Positions 28,533 to 36,989 of a stretch of DNA of 64,000 bases are shown here, one piece after another. The translations under genes were made by a program, and so were the position numbers. The notes beneath the pieces were generated by a model. The model did no database searches. It was not told the DNA's origin and was given only the letters and a program-made list of their open reading frames with translations. The stretch comes from a virus. Its lineage: Duplodnaviria; Caudoviricetes. The DNA is taken from the IMG/VR virus record IMGVR_UViG_3300033074_001883, positions 16,046 through 80,045 of that record; one strand, given 5' to 3'. Within the stretch, counting starts at the first letter, position 1, and each line of letters starts with the position of its first letter.

Positions 28533-30316
28533 CAGAGGTCCCGGAAGGAAGAGAGCGCCTTCTTGAGGTCGCCCGCGAGATTCTTCGGCAGCGAGGCGTG
28601 GATGGTCTCCTCCCACACGTCGCTCGTCTCCTCACGGGAGAACGAGTGCTCGTCGTTGGGCGTGGCTTCCTCGTCCTTGGCGGGAGCGCCAGCGGGCGCG
28701 GAGGTCTGCGTGTCCTTCTCGATGGCTCCGCCGAGACGGCGCTCGGGCTGACCGGGCTGAGGCGGCTTGTTCGGAGGACCGAACTGCTGCTCGAACATCT
28801 CCTTGTGGCTCGGAGGACGGCCGCCCGACGGGAGGCCGGGAGGCATCTCGGGTGCGCCACCGGGCGCACCACCGGGAGCGCCGGGCATCCCCGGCATGCC
28901 GCCCGGAGGACCCGCCTGCTGCTGAGCCTGCATCGCGAGTTGGTTCTTGAGCCCGATGTACGTCGGGTTCATCACCGTGTCCCCGTGTTCGACTGGCGCG
29001 AGTTCGTCGGCCTCGCGGCGGATCTCGTTGAGCGTCTTGTACGAGCCGAGTTCCTTCATGCGGAGTTCGATGGCTTCCGACTCCGAGCGAGCGTCGAGGC
29101 CGACGAAGAGGAACTCGTAGTCCTCGTCCATCTCCCAGATGATTTCCTCGTTCACCGTGTTCTGGAGGAAGCGCAGGAGCGGCTGGAGGCCTCGGTCCTT
29201 CGAGACCTTCTGCTGCGCCTCGTTCGTCGTCATGAACATCGGCTGCGAGCCGACGCCACCACGCGAGTCGAAGTTAATCTCAGCGGGGTCGATGAGGTAG
29301 ACGGCGCACGCGATCTTGATGAGGTACTCCAGCCACTGCTGGAACCCCATGTCGTTGTTGCTCGGCTGAAGCGGAATCCACTGAAGGTTATCCGAGTTCA
29401 TCACGGGCGTGCGCCACGCGTTCGACACGCTGCTCACCTGCGTGAGCCACTGCCGACGGAACGCCTCCATCTGCGGCGCGGGCACCTTGCCCTGCACGTT
29501 CAGGATGCCCTTCACCGTCGAGCCCTGAGAGAAGACCTTGCGGTTCCACTCCTCGGCCCAGAGGTGCGACGTCACCGTGTTGATGAGCAACTCCAACTCG
29601 GAGAGCCCGTAGCCGTAGCTCTTCAGGTCGGTGCGCGGGTTCGCGACGCGGAAGATGAGTTCCCGGCGCGTGAACTCGTTGACGATGGTGCCGTCGATGA
29701 CTTGCACGTACTGCGGCACGTACGTCTGCTCGTGCTTCGTGAGCGGAGCGCCACGGCGCGTCTTCGCCGGAGCGATGCGGTACGTCGCCGAGTCGACCGC
29801 GTGAATCGAGTAAGGTCGGCCGTTGCGACGGAGCACCTTCTCGGAGACGAGCTGGTCGTAGACGAGCCGGTCGCGCACGACCTTGCGCGCCCACGTCTCG
29901 AACGAGTCGCGGCCCGGGTCGCGGCCCTCACCCATGTTCTGGATGAACCTCTCCAGATGCGTGATGTGCTCTTTCTCGGAATCGGTGAGCTTGCGCTTCT
30001 GGTCGCGGTGCTGAACGCGGAAGCCGACGCTGTACTTGTTCCGCTGCGGTTGGCAGAACGACGCGACTTGGTTAACCCGCGTCTGGACGATGGCGGAGAC
30101 GACCGAGTTCTTCTCGCTCATCTGCTTCAGCGTCTCGTACGAGATGGCCGACGGGTTGGACCGGTAGCCCAAGCCCATCGAGTCCATCAACGCGTACGGA
30201 TCGTTGAACCATGACTTCGGGATGCCGAGTTGCTGCCCGTCACCCGAACCCTTCTGGAGGTCAGCGTGATCGAGGCCCGCCTGTACGAGCGCGAGCGTGC
30301 TGTTGGGGTGCGCCAT
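28532..30316 (-). CDS. Portal protein (Herelleviridae-like)
   Basis: 594 aa; RDSFETWARKVVRDRLVYDQ, YGYGLSELE, FSQGSTVKGIL, NAWRTPVM, SKDRGLQPLL, TLNEIR motifs. Confidence 0.9.
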   Translation of the reverse strand: MAHPNSTLALVQAGLDHADLQKGSGDGQQLGIPKSWFNDPYALMDSMGLGYRSNPSAISYETLKQMSEKNSVVSAIVQTRVNQVASFCQPQRNKYSVGFRVQHRDQKRKLTDSEKEHITHLERFIQNMGEGRDPGRDSFETWARKVVRDRLVYDQLVSEKVLRRNGRPYSIHAVDSATYRIAPAKTRRGAPLTKHEQTYVPQYVQVIDGTIVNEFTRRELIFRVANPRTDLKSYGYGLSELELLINTVTSHLWAEEWNRKVFSQGSTVKGILNVQGKVPAPQMEAFRRQWLTQVSSVSNAWRTPVMNSDNLQWIPLQPSNNDMGFQQWLEYLIKIACAVYLIDPAEINFDSRGGVGSQPMFMTTNEAQQKVSKDRGLQPLLRFLQNTVNEEIIWEMDEDYEFLFVGLDARSESEAIELRMKELGSYKTLNEIRREADELAPVEHGDTVMNPTYIGLKNQLAMQAQQQAGPPGGMPGMPGAPGGAPGGAPEMPPGLPSGGRPPSHKEMFEQQFGPPNKPPQPGQPERRLGGAIEKDTQTSAPAGAPAKDEEATPNDEHSFSREETSDVWEETIHASLPKNLAGDLKKALSSFRDL

Positions 30317-30329
30317 GGTTAACCACGTT

Positions 30330-32126
30330 TCAGGAAGTGCGGGTGGAGGACGGCTTGTTGAGGACCAGCTTGCCGCCGAGCGGGTTGTGGACGTTCATCG
30401 GAGCGCGGACCTCCATGCTCTCGACGAGGGCCTCGCCACCACCGCCAGCCTCGATGGCCTTGGCGATGTCGGCGTCCGTCGGGTTGTTCGAGAGCGAGAC
30501 GGCGAGGCTCTTCGCAGCATCGCTGAGGAACGCCTGCGGCTCCAAGACGCCCGTGGCCGAGCGCTCTTTGGCGTAGCGAGCGGACGAGTGGTCCATCGCC
30601 GTCTTGCCGTGACGACGCCCGAGAAGGTTGTGCTTCTGGGCGATGTCGCCGAGGTACTTCCGAGCTGCGTGCGGGAGCTTGCCGCGAGGACCGTAGGAAG
30701 TGACGCCGTGGGCTGCGTCGGAGAGGCGCTCGCCGATGTCGCGGTGAATCTCCTCCGCCTCGCGGTGCTCGTCCTCGGTGTAACCCTCCGCGCCGTGAGC
30801 GTCGGAGTGGATGGGCTTGCCCGACGAGGTGTGACCGACGACGCAGCGCTTGCCGCTCTTGTGCGCCTTGATGAGGTCGAGGTCCATCGTGGTGAGGGCC
30901 TTCTTCGAGGAGAGACCGTGTGACTCGGCTGCCGCCTTCGCGTGTCCCGCGCTCTCGAAGTCGCCGATGTGCATCATCCCCGCGAGCTTCGGCTTGTGGA
31001 AGAGGCCCACCTTGCTCTGGGTTCCGTGAAGGTGAACGTGGAAGTGGCCACCGCCCGGAGCACGGGCCTTCACACCACCTGACTGCGGGTGAGGTGCCCA
31101 CTTCAACCCCTTCGACACGTCCGGGTTCATCGAGTGCATGAGGCCGGTCGAGTGGTAGGCCGAGCGGATCTGGCCTGACGTGAGATTCTTCGCCTTGTCA
31201 CCGAACTCCGCGCGCACCTTGTTGTGGAAGTCGTGCACGTGGTCGCTCGCGTGCGCGAGGTCAGCGATGTGCTCCGGCTTCATGCCGACGTGAGCCGCGA
31301 GGTGCTTGTGAGAGAACACCTTGCCGCCACCGGCCTGCGCCGCCTTGTACTGCGAGGCGGACGACGGGTTCTGCATGTGACGACGACGGACCTCGTGGAG
31401 GATGGGGCTCTTCGCCGGGTTCACCTTCGCGCCGACGACCGTCTTCCCGGGCTCCCAGCCGCCGCTGTCCACCTTCGCCCGGCTCGCCACCGGGGTAGCA
31501 CCGGCCTTCGGGTTCGGGCCCACGACGTGGAGACCAGCAGGCTTCACGCCTGCCTGTGTGCGGTCCGTGTCCTCGCCTCGGTAGCCCTGCTTCATACTCG
31601 GGTTCTTGAGTTTGGGCATCGGCATCGTCGCGGCCTTCTTCATCGTGCCGGGGCGGTACTCCGTACTCGCGGTCGCGTGCTTCTGCTTCATCAGCTTGAG
31701 CCGCTTGGAGTAACCAACCGGGGCCTTCTTTTTCGGAATGCCCGACGTCTCCTTCGACTTCGTGCCGCCCTTCCACGGCATCTTCGGCCCACCGGCTCCC
31801 TTCCCGAGGTCCATGTGCCCCTCGTCGCCGAGTACCTGAATCACGAGGTCCGGGCCGGAGCGGTCGTCGGAAGCGGGCGTGGTCGAGCGCGGAGCGTTGT
31901 GCGCGAGGCCGCGCTTCGCGCGCCACTCCTGATACGCGGCTGCGTCGGTGACGACCGGTGCGTAGCCGACCTCGGGCGCGGAGCCGTCACCGCACGCGTT
32001 CGGCACGGTGCCCTTGAGGCAGAGCGTGCGGTTCGCGACGTAGTGCAGGCACCCGTCGCACTTCGCGTTGGGCATGATGATGGTGCCAACACCAGTCGTC
32101 TCGTCGTCGGAGTGGGACTTTTTCAT
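30330..32126 (-). CDS. Large basic His/Lys-rich putative internal head protein
   Basis: 598 aa; N-terminal CxxC..C..C, VGHTSSGKPIH motif, DLGKG/VSKG/LIKA/IAKA sites. Confidence 0.6.
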   Translation of the reverse strand: MKKSHSDDETTGVGTIIMPNAKCDGCLHYVANRTLCLKGTVPNACGDGSAPEVGYAPVVTDAAAYQEWRAKRGLAHNAPRSTTPASDDRSGPDLVIQVLGDEGHMDLGKGAGGPKMPWKGGTKSKETSGIPKKKAPVGYSKRLKLMKQKHATASTEYRPGTMKKAATMPMPKLKNPSMKQGYRGEDTDRTQAGVKPAGLHVVGPNPKAGATPVASRAKVDSGGWEPGKTVVGAKVNPAKSPILHEVRRRHMQNPSSASQYKAAQAGGGKVFSHKHLAAHVGMKPEHIADLAHASDHVHDFHNKVRAEFGDKAKNLTSGQIRSAYHSTGLMHSMNPDVSKGLKWAPHPQSGGVKARAPGGGHFHVHLHGTQSKVGLFHKPKLAGMMHIGDFESAGHAKAAAESHGLSSKKALTTMDLDLIKAHKSGKRCVVGHTSSGKPIHSDAHGAEGYTEDEHREAEEIHRDIGERLSDAAHGVTSYGPRGKLPHAARKYLGDIAQKHNLLGRRHGKTAMDHSSARYAKERSATGVLEPQAFLSDAAKSLAVSLSNNPTDADIAKAIEAGGGGEALVESMEVRAPMNVHNPLGGKLVLNKPSSTRTS

Positions 32127-32137
32127 GGGCGTGTTCC

Positions 32138-32431
32138 TTAGACGACGGAGATCCAGAGAAGATGGTAGGCGACGGTGGCCGCGCTCGACTGCACCTTGAC
32201 GTCCTTCATCAGCGCCTGCACCGGGAGGTCGACGGTCGAGAGCGGGCGCACGTTGAAGAACGTCTTCCCGCCGTCGAAGCTGATCTGGAGGATGTTCGTC
32301 GCATCCGCGTTGTGGGCGATGATGCGGGCGCTCTCTTGCCCGTTGAGGGTAGGGAGCCCGGCCCCGGGAGAGACGACTGCGGTGCCGTTGATGTGCGTGA
32401 CCTTACCGCCACGCGTGAGTGCCATGGACAT
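32138..32431 (-). CDS. Small beta-sandwich protein (putative virion decoration)
   Basis: 97 aa from MSMALTRGG; GGAGA RBS; ILQISFDGGKTF motif. Confidence 0.5.
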   Translation of the reverse strand: MSMALTRGGKVTHINGTAVVSPGAGLPTLNGQESARIIAHNADATNILQISFDGGKTFFNVRPLSTVDLPVQALMKDVKVQSSAATVAYHLLWISVV

Positions 32432-32433
32432 TG

Positions 32434-33132
32434 TTAATCTCCTCGCATGCCCTTCACCGCCGACACGCAGTCGGAGATGAGGAGCTGGGTGTTGTGGTGA
32501 ACCGACGTGGACTTCTCGAAGGCGGCCTTGGTGGCATCGGCTGAGGCCGACCGGGGGACGTGCCACGCGGAGTAAGCGTAGCGCGGGAAGATGAAGCCCA
32601 CCGCGTTGAGGGCCATCATGAGCTGCCCGGTGGCACCGAGCGCGCCGTCACCGACGACGAGGAGACCGGCGAGCTTGTCCTTGATGAGGGGCTTGCCAGC
32701 CGCCGCTTGGTTCACGAACGGGTTGAGCCGCTCGATGAAGCGCTGGGTGTAGTGGTTGAGGCCGCCCCATCGAACGTCGGTCGCGAGGATGAGGATGTCG
32801 GTCGCGATGAGTTGCTCGTAGAGCATCGCCATGCCGTCGTTCGGCTGGAAGATGTCGGACTCGATGTCGTTGCGGTCGCACGGGTGCATGCACACGCGCC
32901 CGCCTCCGCCGTAGCAGCCGACGCACGGGTGGATGCGCGTGCCGGTGAGCGAGTAGTTCGCGACCTCGACATGCGCGTCACGGAGAAGCTGGGTGGCCTC
33001 CTCCGCCATCCAGCTTGAGGCGTTCGGCTCGTCGGCTCGCGCCGAGGTGATGACCATGGCCTTGACGGCTTGGTCGCTCGGCGACGGAGACGCCTTGCTC
33101 AGGAAGTCCTCGACGGAGATGGGGGACGTCAC
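32434..33132 (-). CDS. Flavodoxin-like / NADPH-dependent FMN reductase family protein with 4-Cys motif (iron-sulfur flavoprotein-like)
   Basis: IHPCVGCYGGGGRVCMHPC, DGMAMLYEQLIATDILILATDVRWG, QRFIERL, LIKDKLAGLLVVG. Confidence 0.85.
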   Translation of the reverse strand: MTSPISVEDFLSKASPSPSDQAVKAMVITSARADEPNASSWMAEEATQLLRDAHVEVANYSLTGTRIHPCVGCYGGGGRVCMHPCDRNDIESDIFQPNDGMAMLYEQLIATDILILATDVRWGGLNHYTQRFIERLNPFVNQAAAGKPLIKDKLAGLLVVGDGALGATGQLMMALNAVGFIFPRYAYSAWHVPRSASADATKAAFEKSTSVHHNTQLLISDCVSAVKGMRGD

Positions 33133-33135
33133 CGA

Positions 33136-33324
33136 CTACCGCCCCTTCCGGAGGTCGTTGTCGTCGATGGTCTTCTTCGTCAGCTCGTCGCCGCGAGTGC
33201 CGGACTCAAGGCACGTCGGGCACGTCGAGGACTTCGCAAGGTACTTCTTGCCGCAGCCGGGGCAGGTCCACTCGTAGTTCGACGAGTCACTTGCCGAGGG
33301 GCGGGGGCGGGAAGGCTGAGGCAT
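33136..33324 (-). CDS. Zinc-ribbon peptide
   Basis: 62 aa; WTCPGCGKKY..STCPTC. Confidence 0.55.
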   Translation of the reverse strand: MPQPSRPRPSASDSSNYEWTCPGCGKKYLAKSSTCPTCLESGTRGDELTKKTIDDNDLRKGR

Positions 33325-33541
33325 TGGTCTGCTCCTTGGGTACGGCGGTTCGAGGTGCGTCAGGCTGTGCTTCTGCCTCGTCACCCACCATCTTCGCAAG
33401 GAGCTGGCTCGTGTTGTAGAGACCCGCTGCCCGGCGCTTCGCGAGGAGCGCGCGACGATCGGCCTCTTCACGCTTCAACCGGTCGGCCTCTTGCTGGAGG
33501 TCGGCTTGCTGGGAGGCTGCGATGAGGTCGTCGAGGTTCAT
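33287..33541 (-). CDS. Hypothetical protein
   Basis: 84 aa; AAGGAG RBS. Confidence 0.5.
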   Translation of the reverse strand: MNLDDLIAASQQADLQQEADRLKREEADRRALLAKRRAAGLYNTSQLLAKMVGDEAEAQPDAPRTAVPKEQTNASAFPPPPLGK

Positions 33542-33633
33542 GAGGAGCTCCTTGAAGAAAGAGAGGGGCGGTGACGCTGTGCCACCACCCCTCGGAACGA
33601 AACGCGCCTCCGAGGGGGCGCGGTGACGCGGTG

Positions 33634-33807
33634 TTACTTCTTCTTCTTCTTCGCGGCAGCAGCCAGCTTCTTCGCCGACTTGCTCTTGCCGCCCGGAGCC
33701 TTGCCGCCCTTCGCGGGCTTCTTCTTCTTCTTCTGGCTGCCACCACCACCGCCGCTGCCGCGTGCGAACACGGACAGCGAGGCGAACATCTCAGACGGAA
33801 CTCGCAT
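33634..33807 (-). CDS. 57-aa Lys/Gly-rich basic peptide
   Basis: GAGAGGA RBS; MRVPSEMFASLSVFARGSGGGGGSQKKKKKPAKGGKAPGGKSKSAKKLAAAAKKKKK; below the ORF-track length cutoff. Confidence 0.65.
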   Translation of the reverse strand: MRVPSEMFASLSVFARGSGGGGGSQKKKKKPAKGGKAPGGKSKSAKKLAAAAKKKKK

Positions 33808-33852
33808 GATCTTGTCCTCTCGATTGGTTGGAACGTTACTGCGCTCGACAGC

Positions 33853-34938
33853 CTACGCGGTGGCAACAAGTTTTGCAAAGTTTCGCTGAGCGAGCACGAC
33901 GAGGTCGCTCTTCGGTGCCTTCGACTTCTTCGTCCGCCCCTCGACGGTGAACTCGAACCCCTTGTGAGAGGAGATCCACGGAGCCGATGCCATGAAGTAG
34001 CAGTCGCGTCCACGAGTAACCTTCTTGAGCGCGCCGATGACGCGCGGGTTCGATGCACCGTTGAACCAGAAGGTGACCGACTTCGGGAGCGTCGAGTGCC
34101 ACACGAGGATGGCCCGCAGGAAGTCTGACGCTGCCGCGACGCCGTCCGACGAGAGCTTCTGCACGTGGAAGTTCAACTGCGGGACGATGGGTGCGTAGCG
34201 CTTCACGTCCGGCTTCGTGTCGAAGCGTGCGTAGTGCGCCATGAGGAAAAAGTCGCCGCCGCCCTCCTCCATTCCCTTCAGCGTGCGGCTCCAGTTGAAG
34301 TGGTGGTTCTGCACCGACTCGTCGCCGTAGATGGAGTACCCCAGCGGTTCGTACGCGTCGATGTCACGGCGTGACGCGAACTCAAGGTGCACGTCCTTGT
34401 CCGACGCACGCTCCAGCACGTCGTCGTACATCGCGGTCTGGAGGATGAGCTTCTTGCTCTTCGGGAGCCCCATGTAGTCCTTGAGGTCGTCCGAGTAGAA
34501 CCCGCGAGACGCGCTCCACACGTGCCGCAGAGCGACTGCGTAGATGTCGATTTCGTCCGGGTACGCCGCGCTCGCGTTCCCGGCGAACGCGGACGACTTT
34601 CCGCCGATGAGTGTCACCACCGCCTTCGAGGGGGACGAGAGCACGCGACCCGGGCGGATGTTGTAGTCGGCCTTCGCGAACTTCTGCTGGAAGAGGTCGA
34701 GCATCGGGCTCTTGATGCACACGGCCGGGACCTCGACGTTCTCCACGCCACCGCCGCCGCACGTTCCGCAGGCACCGCCGCAGGAGCTTTGCTTGCACCG
34801 CTCGCGTCCACCGTTCGCTTCGCACCCGGCGCACTTGCCTGCCTTGAAGAGGTTGCAGTTCGAGCACCAGTCTTTGGTGCCGCAGGTGAGGGTCTTCTCG
34901 GAAGACGGCGGCTTCATCACGGGAACGCTCAGAGACAT
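33853..34938 (-). CDS. DUF4417-like (TGT-related TIM barrel) protein with Cys-rich N-terminus
   Basis: KLILQTAMYDDVLER and DAYEPLGYSIYGDES..HHFNWSRT resemble DUF4417 motifs as I recall them (HFFLDDY.FER; PDFSLY..WNVYRS); 10 Cys in the first 75 aa. Confidence 0.55.
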   Translation of the reverse strand: MSLSVPVMKPPSSEKTLTCGTKDWCSNCNLFKAGKCAGCEANGGRERCKQSSCGGACGTCGGGGVENVEVPAVCIKSPMLDLFQQKFAKADYNIRPGRVLSSPSKAVVTLIGGKSSAFAGNASAAYPDEIDIYAVALRHVWSASRGFYSDDLKDYMGLPKSKKLILQTAMYDDVLERASDKDVHLEFASRRDIDAYEPLGYSIYGDESVQNHHFNWSRTLKGMEEGGGDFFLMAHYARFDTKPDVKRYAPIVPQLNFHVQKLSSDGVAAASDFLRAILVWHSTLPKSVTFWFNGASNPRVIGALKKVTRGRDCYFMASAPWISSHKGFEFTVEGRTKKSKAPKSDLVVLAQRNFAKLVATA

Positions 34939-35627
34939 TTTGCTAGCTCCTTCACACGAGACACGTGGAACGACGACGGCTTCGACTGCAAGAGAGGCAA
35001 CACGACGGTGCGAGCCATTACGCTTCGAGCGTATGGTGTGAAGCCAGAGAACCCGACGAAGGTGGTGATGCCCTTCGCCCAGAGGCGTTCGCGGACAACG
35101 CGAGCGCGCGGGGTGTGGATGACGACGTGCGACGTTGCGTCAACTACGAGTCCGGGAAGTCGCGAGTAGCCAGCGAGAACGTCGGACGGCAACGGGGGCT
35201 CGGACGGCACCGGAAGGCTCGGTACGACGAACCCGCCTCCTTGGAGTGACACTGCCTTGCCCGGGCCGGTGGAGAAGAGATGGTAGTGAGCGCTCACGAG
35301 GTTGCTCGCGGAGTGAGCGCAGTCCTCGACGACGACAAGACCACGAGCGGATGGTGGCGGCGGCGACCGAACGCCCCACAGATGAGTCAGCAGCGCGAGG
35401 CCCTCGGACCAATCCACCGCGCCGAGCATCCACGTCCACCCGTCGAGTTCGACGAAGGTGAGACGAGCACCGCGTCGACGGAGCGCCCTCACCACATGAG
35501 CGCAGTGGACGGCGGGGACGAAGACGCGCTTCGGCTTCAACGTGTCGACGAGGTGAAGGAGGCCAACGGTTGCGCTGGGGAAGGCGCGAACGCCAAGCGC
35601 CTCCATCGAGCGGAGGAGCGCGATCAT
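34929..35627 (-). CDS. Compact DegT/DnrJ/EryC1/StrS-like PLP-dependent enzyme
   Basis: AFPSATVGL, THLWG, VVEDCAHS, LFSTGPGK (Schiff-base Lys), GGG, RERLWAKGI, VVLPL. Confidence 0.75.
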   Translation of the reverse strand: MIALLRSMEALGVRAFPSATVGLLHLVDTLKPKRVFVPAVHCAHVVRALRRRGARLTFVELDGWTWMLGAVDWSEGLALLTHLWGVRSPPPPSARGLVVVEDCAHSASNLVSAHYHLFSTGPGKAVSLQGGGFVVPSLPVPSEPPLPSDVLAGYSRLPGLVVDATSHVVIHTPRARVVRERLWAKGITTFVGFSGFTPYARSVMARTVVLPLLQSKPSSFHVSRVKELAKCL

Positions 35628-36463
35628 GACGCCTTCTTCTTCTTGCTTGGCTTAGCCTCCGCTTTCTTCGAGGGCCTCGCGTCCGGGAGTGGCGTCTGCG
35701 ACGAGTTCACCGCCATGAACTCCAACGCGCGCATGCGCTTCGCCTTGCCCTCCAAAGACTCAGCGAGGCGGTCGAGTTCGCGCTCAACGATGGTGGCGGC
35801 TTCGAGCGGGAGCGAGAAGTTCAGCGTGACCCACTTCTCCTCGTCCTTGTCGTCGTCGGTCGCGTCCTTGGTTGACGAGCGCGAGAGGAGGTCGGCGAGC
35901 ACCGAGGTGTCGAGGTCCGACGCTGCGATGAGGTCTTCGAGTTGCGCCGCGTCCTTCGGCACGAGGAGCGCGAGGTCGGCGACCGTGAGTGACTCGTCGC
36001 CCATCAGAATCTCGGCGAGCATTCGGCCGCGCTTGTCGTTGTCGGGGCTGCCGCGAAGGTAGTTGAGCGTGTCAGTGAGGAGGCGGGCTTGAGCGTCATC
36101 GACGTTAAGCACGAACGAATCGACCGTCTTCTGGTTCAGCTTCCTGAGCACCTTCCATCGGTGGAAGCCGTCGATGATCTCGTACATCCCCGGGGAGCCC
36201 GGCGCGGGCCTCACGACGATGGGCGGGATGGCACCGGTCTTGTCGAGGAGCCGTGTGATGCCTGCCACGAGCCGAGCCTGAAGCTCGGGTGCCATCGAGT
36301 TCGGGTTCCACGTGTTGGGCTTGACCGAGTCAATGTCGAGGGCGAGCGTCTTGCCGCCTGCCTTCGGTCGAGCTTCCTCGGCGACCTTCTTCGGCTTCGC
36401 CTCTGCTACCGACTCGCCCTTCACCTTCGCCAGCTTTTCGCGCAACTGCTCCTTGAGACCCAT
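35624..36463 (-). CDS. ParB/Sulfiredoxin-fold protein
   Basis: VKPNTWNPNSM, PPIVVR, YEIIDGFHRW, AQARLLT..LNYLRG. Confidence 0.85.
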   Translation of the reverse strand: MGLKEQLREKLAKVKGESVAEAKPKKVAEEARPKAGGKTLALDIDSVKPNTWNPNSMAPELQARLVAGITRLLDKTGAIPPIVVRPAPGSPGMYEIIDGFHRWKVLRKLNQKTVDSFVLNVDDAQARLLTDTLNYLRGSPDNDKRGRMLAEILMGDESLTVADLALLVPKDAAQLEDLIAASDLDTSVLADLLSRSSTKDATDDDKDEEKWVTLNFSLPLEAATIVERELDRLAESLEGKAKRMRALEFMAVNSSQTPLPDARPSKKAEAKPSKKKKAS

Positions 36464-36492
36464 TCACGCTCCACACGACCACGAGGAAGACT

Positions 36493-36876
36493 TCAGGCTG
36501 CGTAGACCACGGTGACGACGACTGAGGTCGCGCCGGGGTTCTGAATCGACAACGACGTGAGGCCGCTCCCGTAGACGAGGTACCGCGCCGGGTACGACGG
36601 AGGGTTGGTCCCGATGCCGGTGCGCGGCGCGATGTCGAAGAAGCCGAGGCCGTTGAGGTTCAGCCGCACCGCCGAGGCGCACTGCACGTAGAGGAACTTG
36701 GCGGCGATGCCACCGAGGCTCACCGTGGCACCCGCACCGACTGAGACTGCCTGTGTCGTCGCGTTGCCGAAGTCGTCGGTCACCTCGTCGTCGCGTTGCG
36801 TCCGCTCGAAGTGCTGCGTCGTCTCGGTGGAGTCGCTGCTCAGGAGAAGCGTCAACTTCGAACGGAGTCGGGACAT
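36493..36876 (-). CDS. Small beta-rich hypothetical (possibly structural) protein
   Basis: 127 aa; beta-strand pattern. Confidence 0.55.
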   Translation of the reverse strand: MSRLRSKLTLLLSSDSTETTQHFERTQRDDEVTDDFGNATTQAVSVGAGATVSLGGIAAKFLYVQCASAVRLNLNGLGFFDIAPRTGIGTNPPSYPARYLVYGSGLTSLSIQNPGATSVVVTVVYAA

Positions 36877-36989
36877 GCCGACGGTGTACCAGAAAGATGC
36901 TGGTTACCCAAGCGACTAGCGCTCGGGTTTGGAGGGACCAGCGACTCCACCACGGTTTTTACGGAGGGTGACTCCTGCGAGTGCCGCTT

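Noticed and set aside
35624-36463. ParB as a partition system implying a plasmid prophage
   Set aside because: No ParA or parS seen, and no HTH after the ParB/Srx domain; the context points to an enzymatic role.
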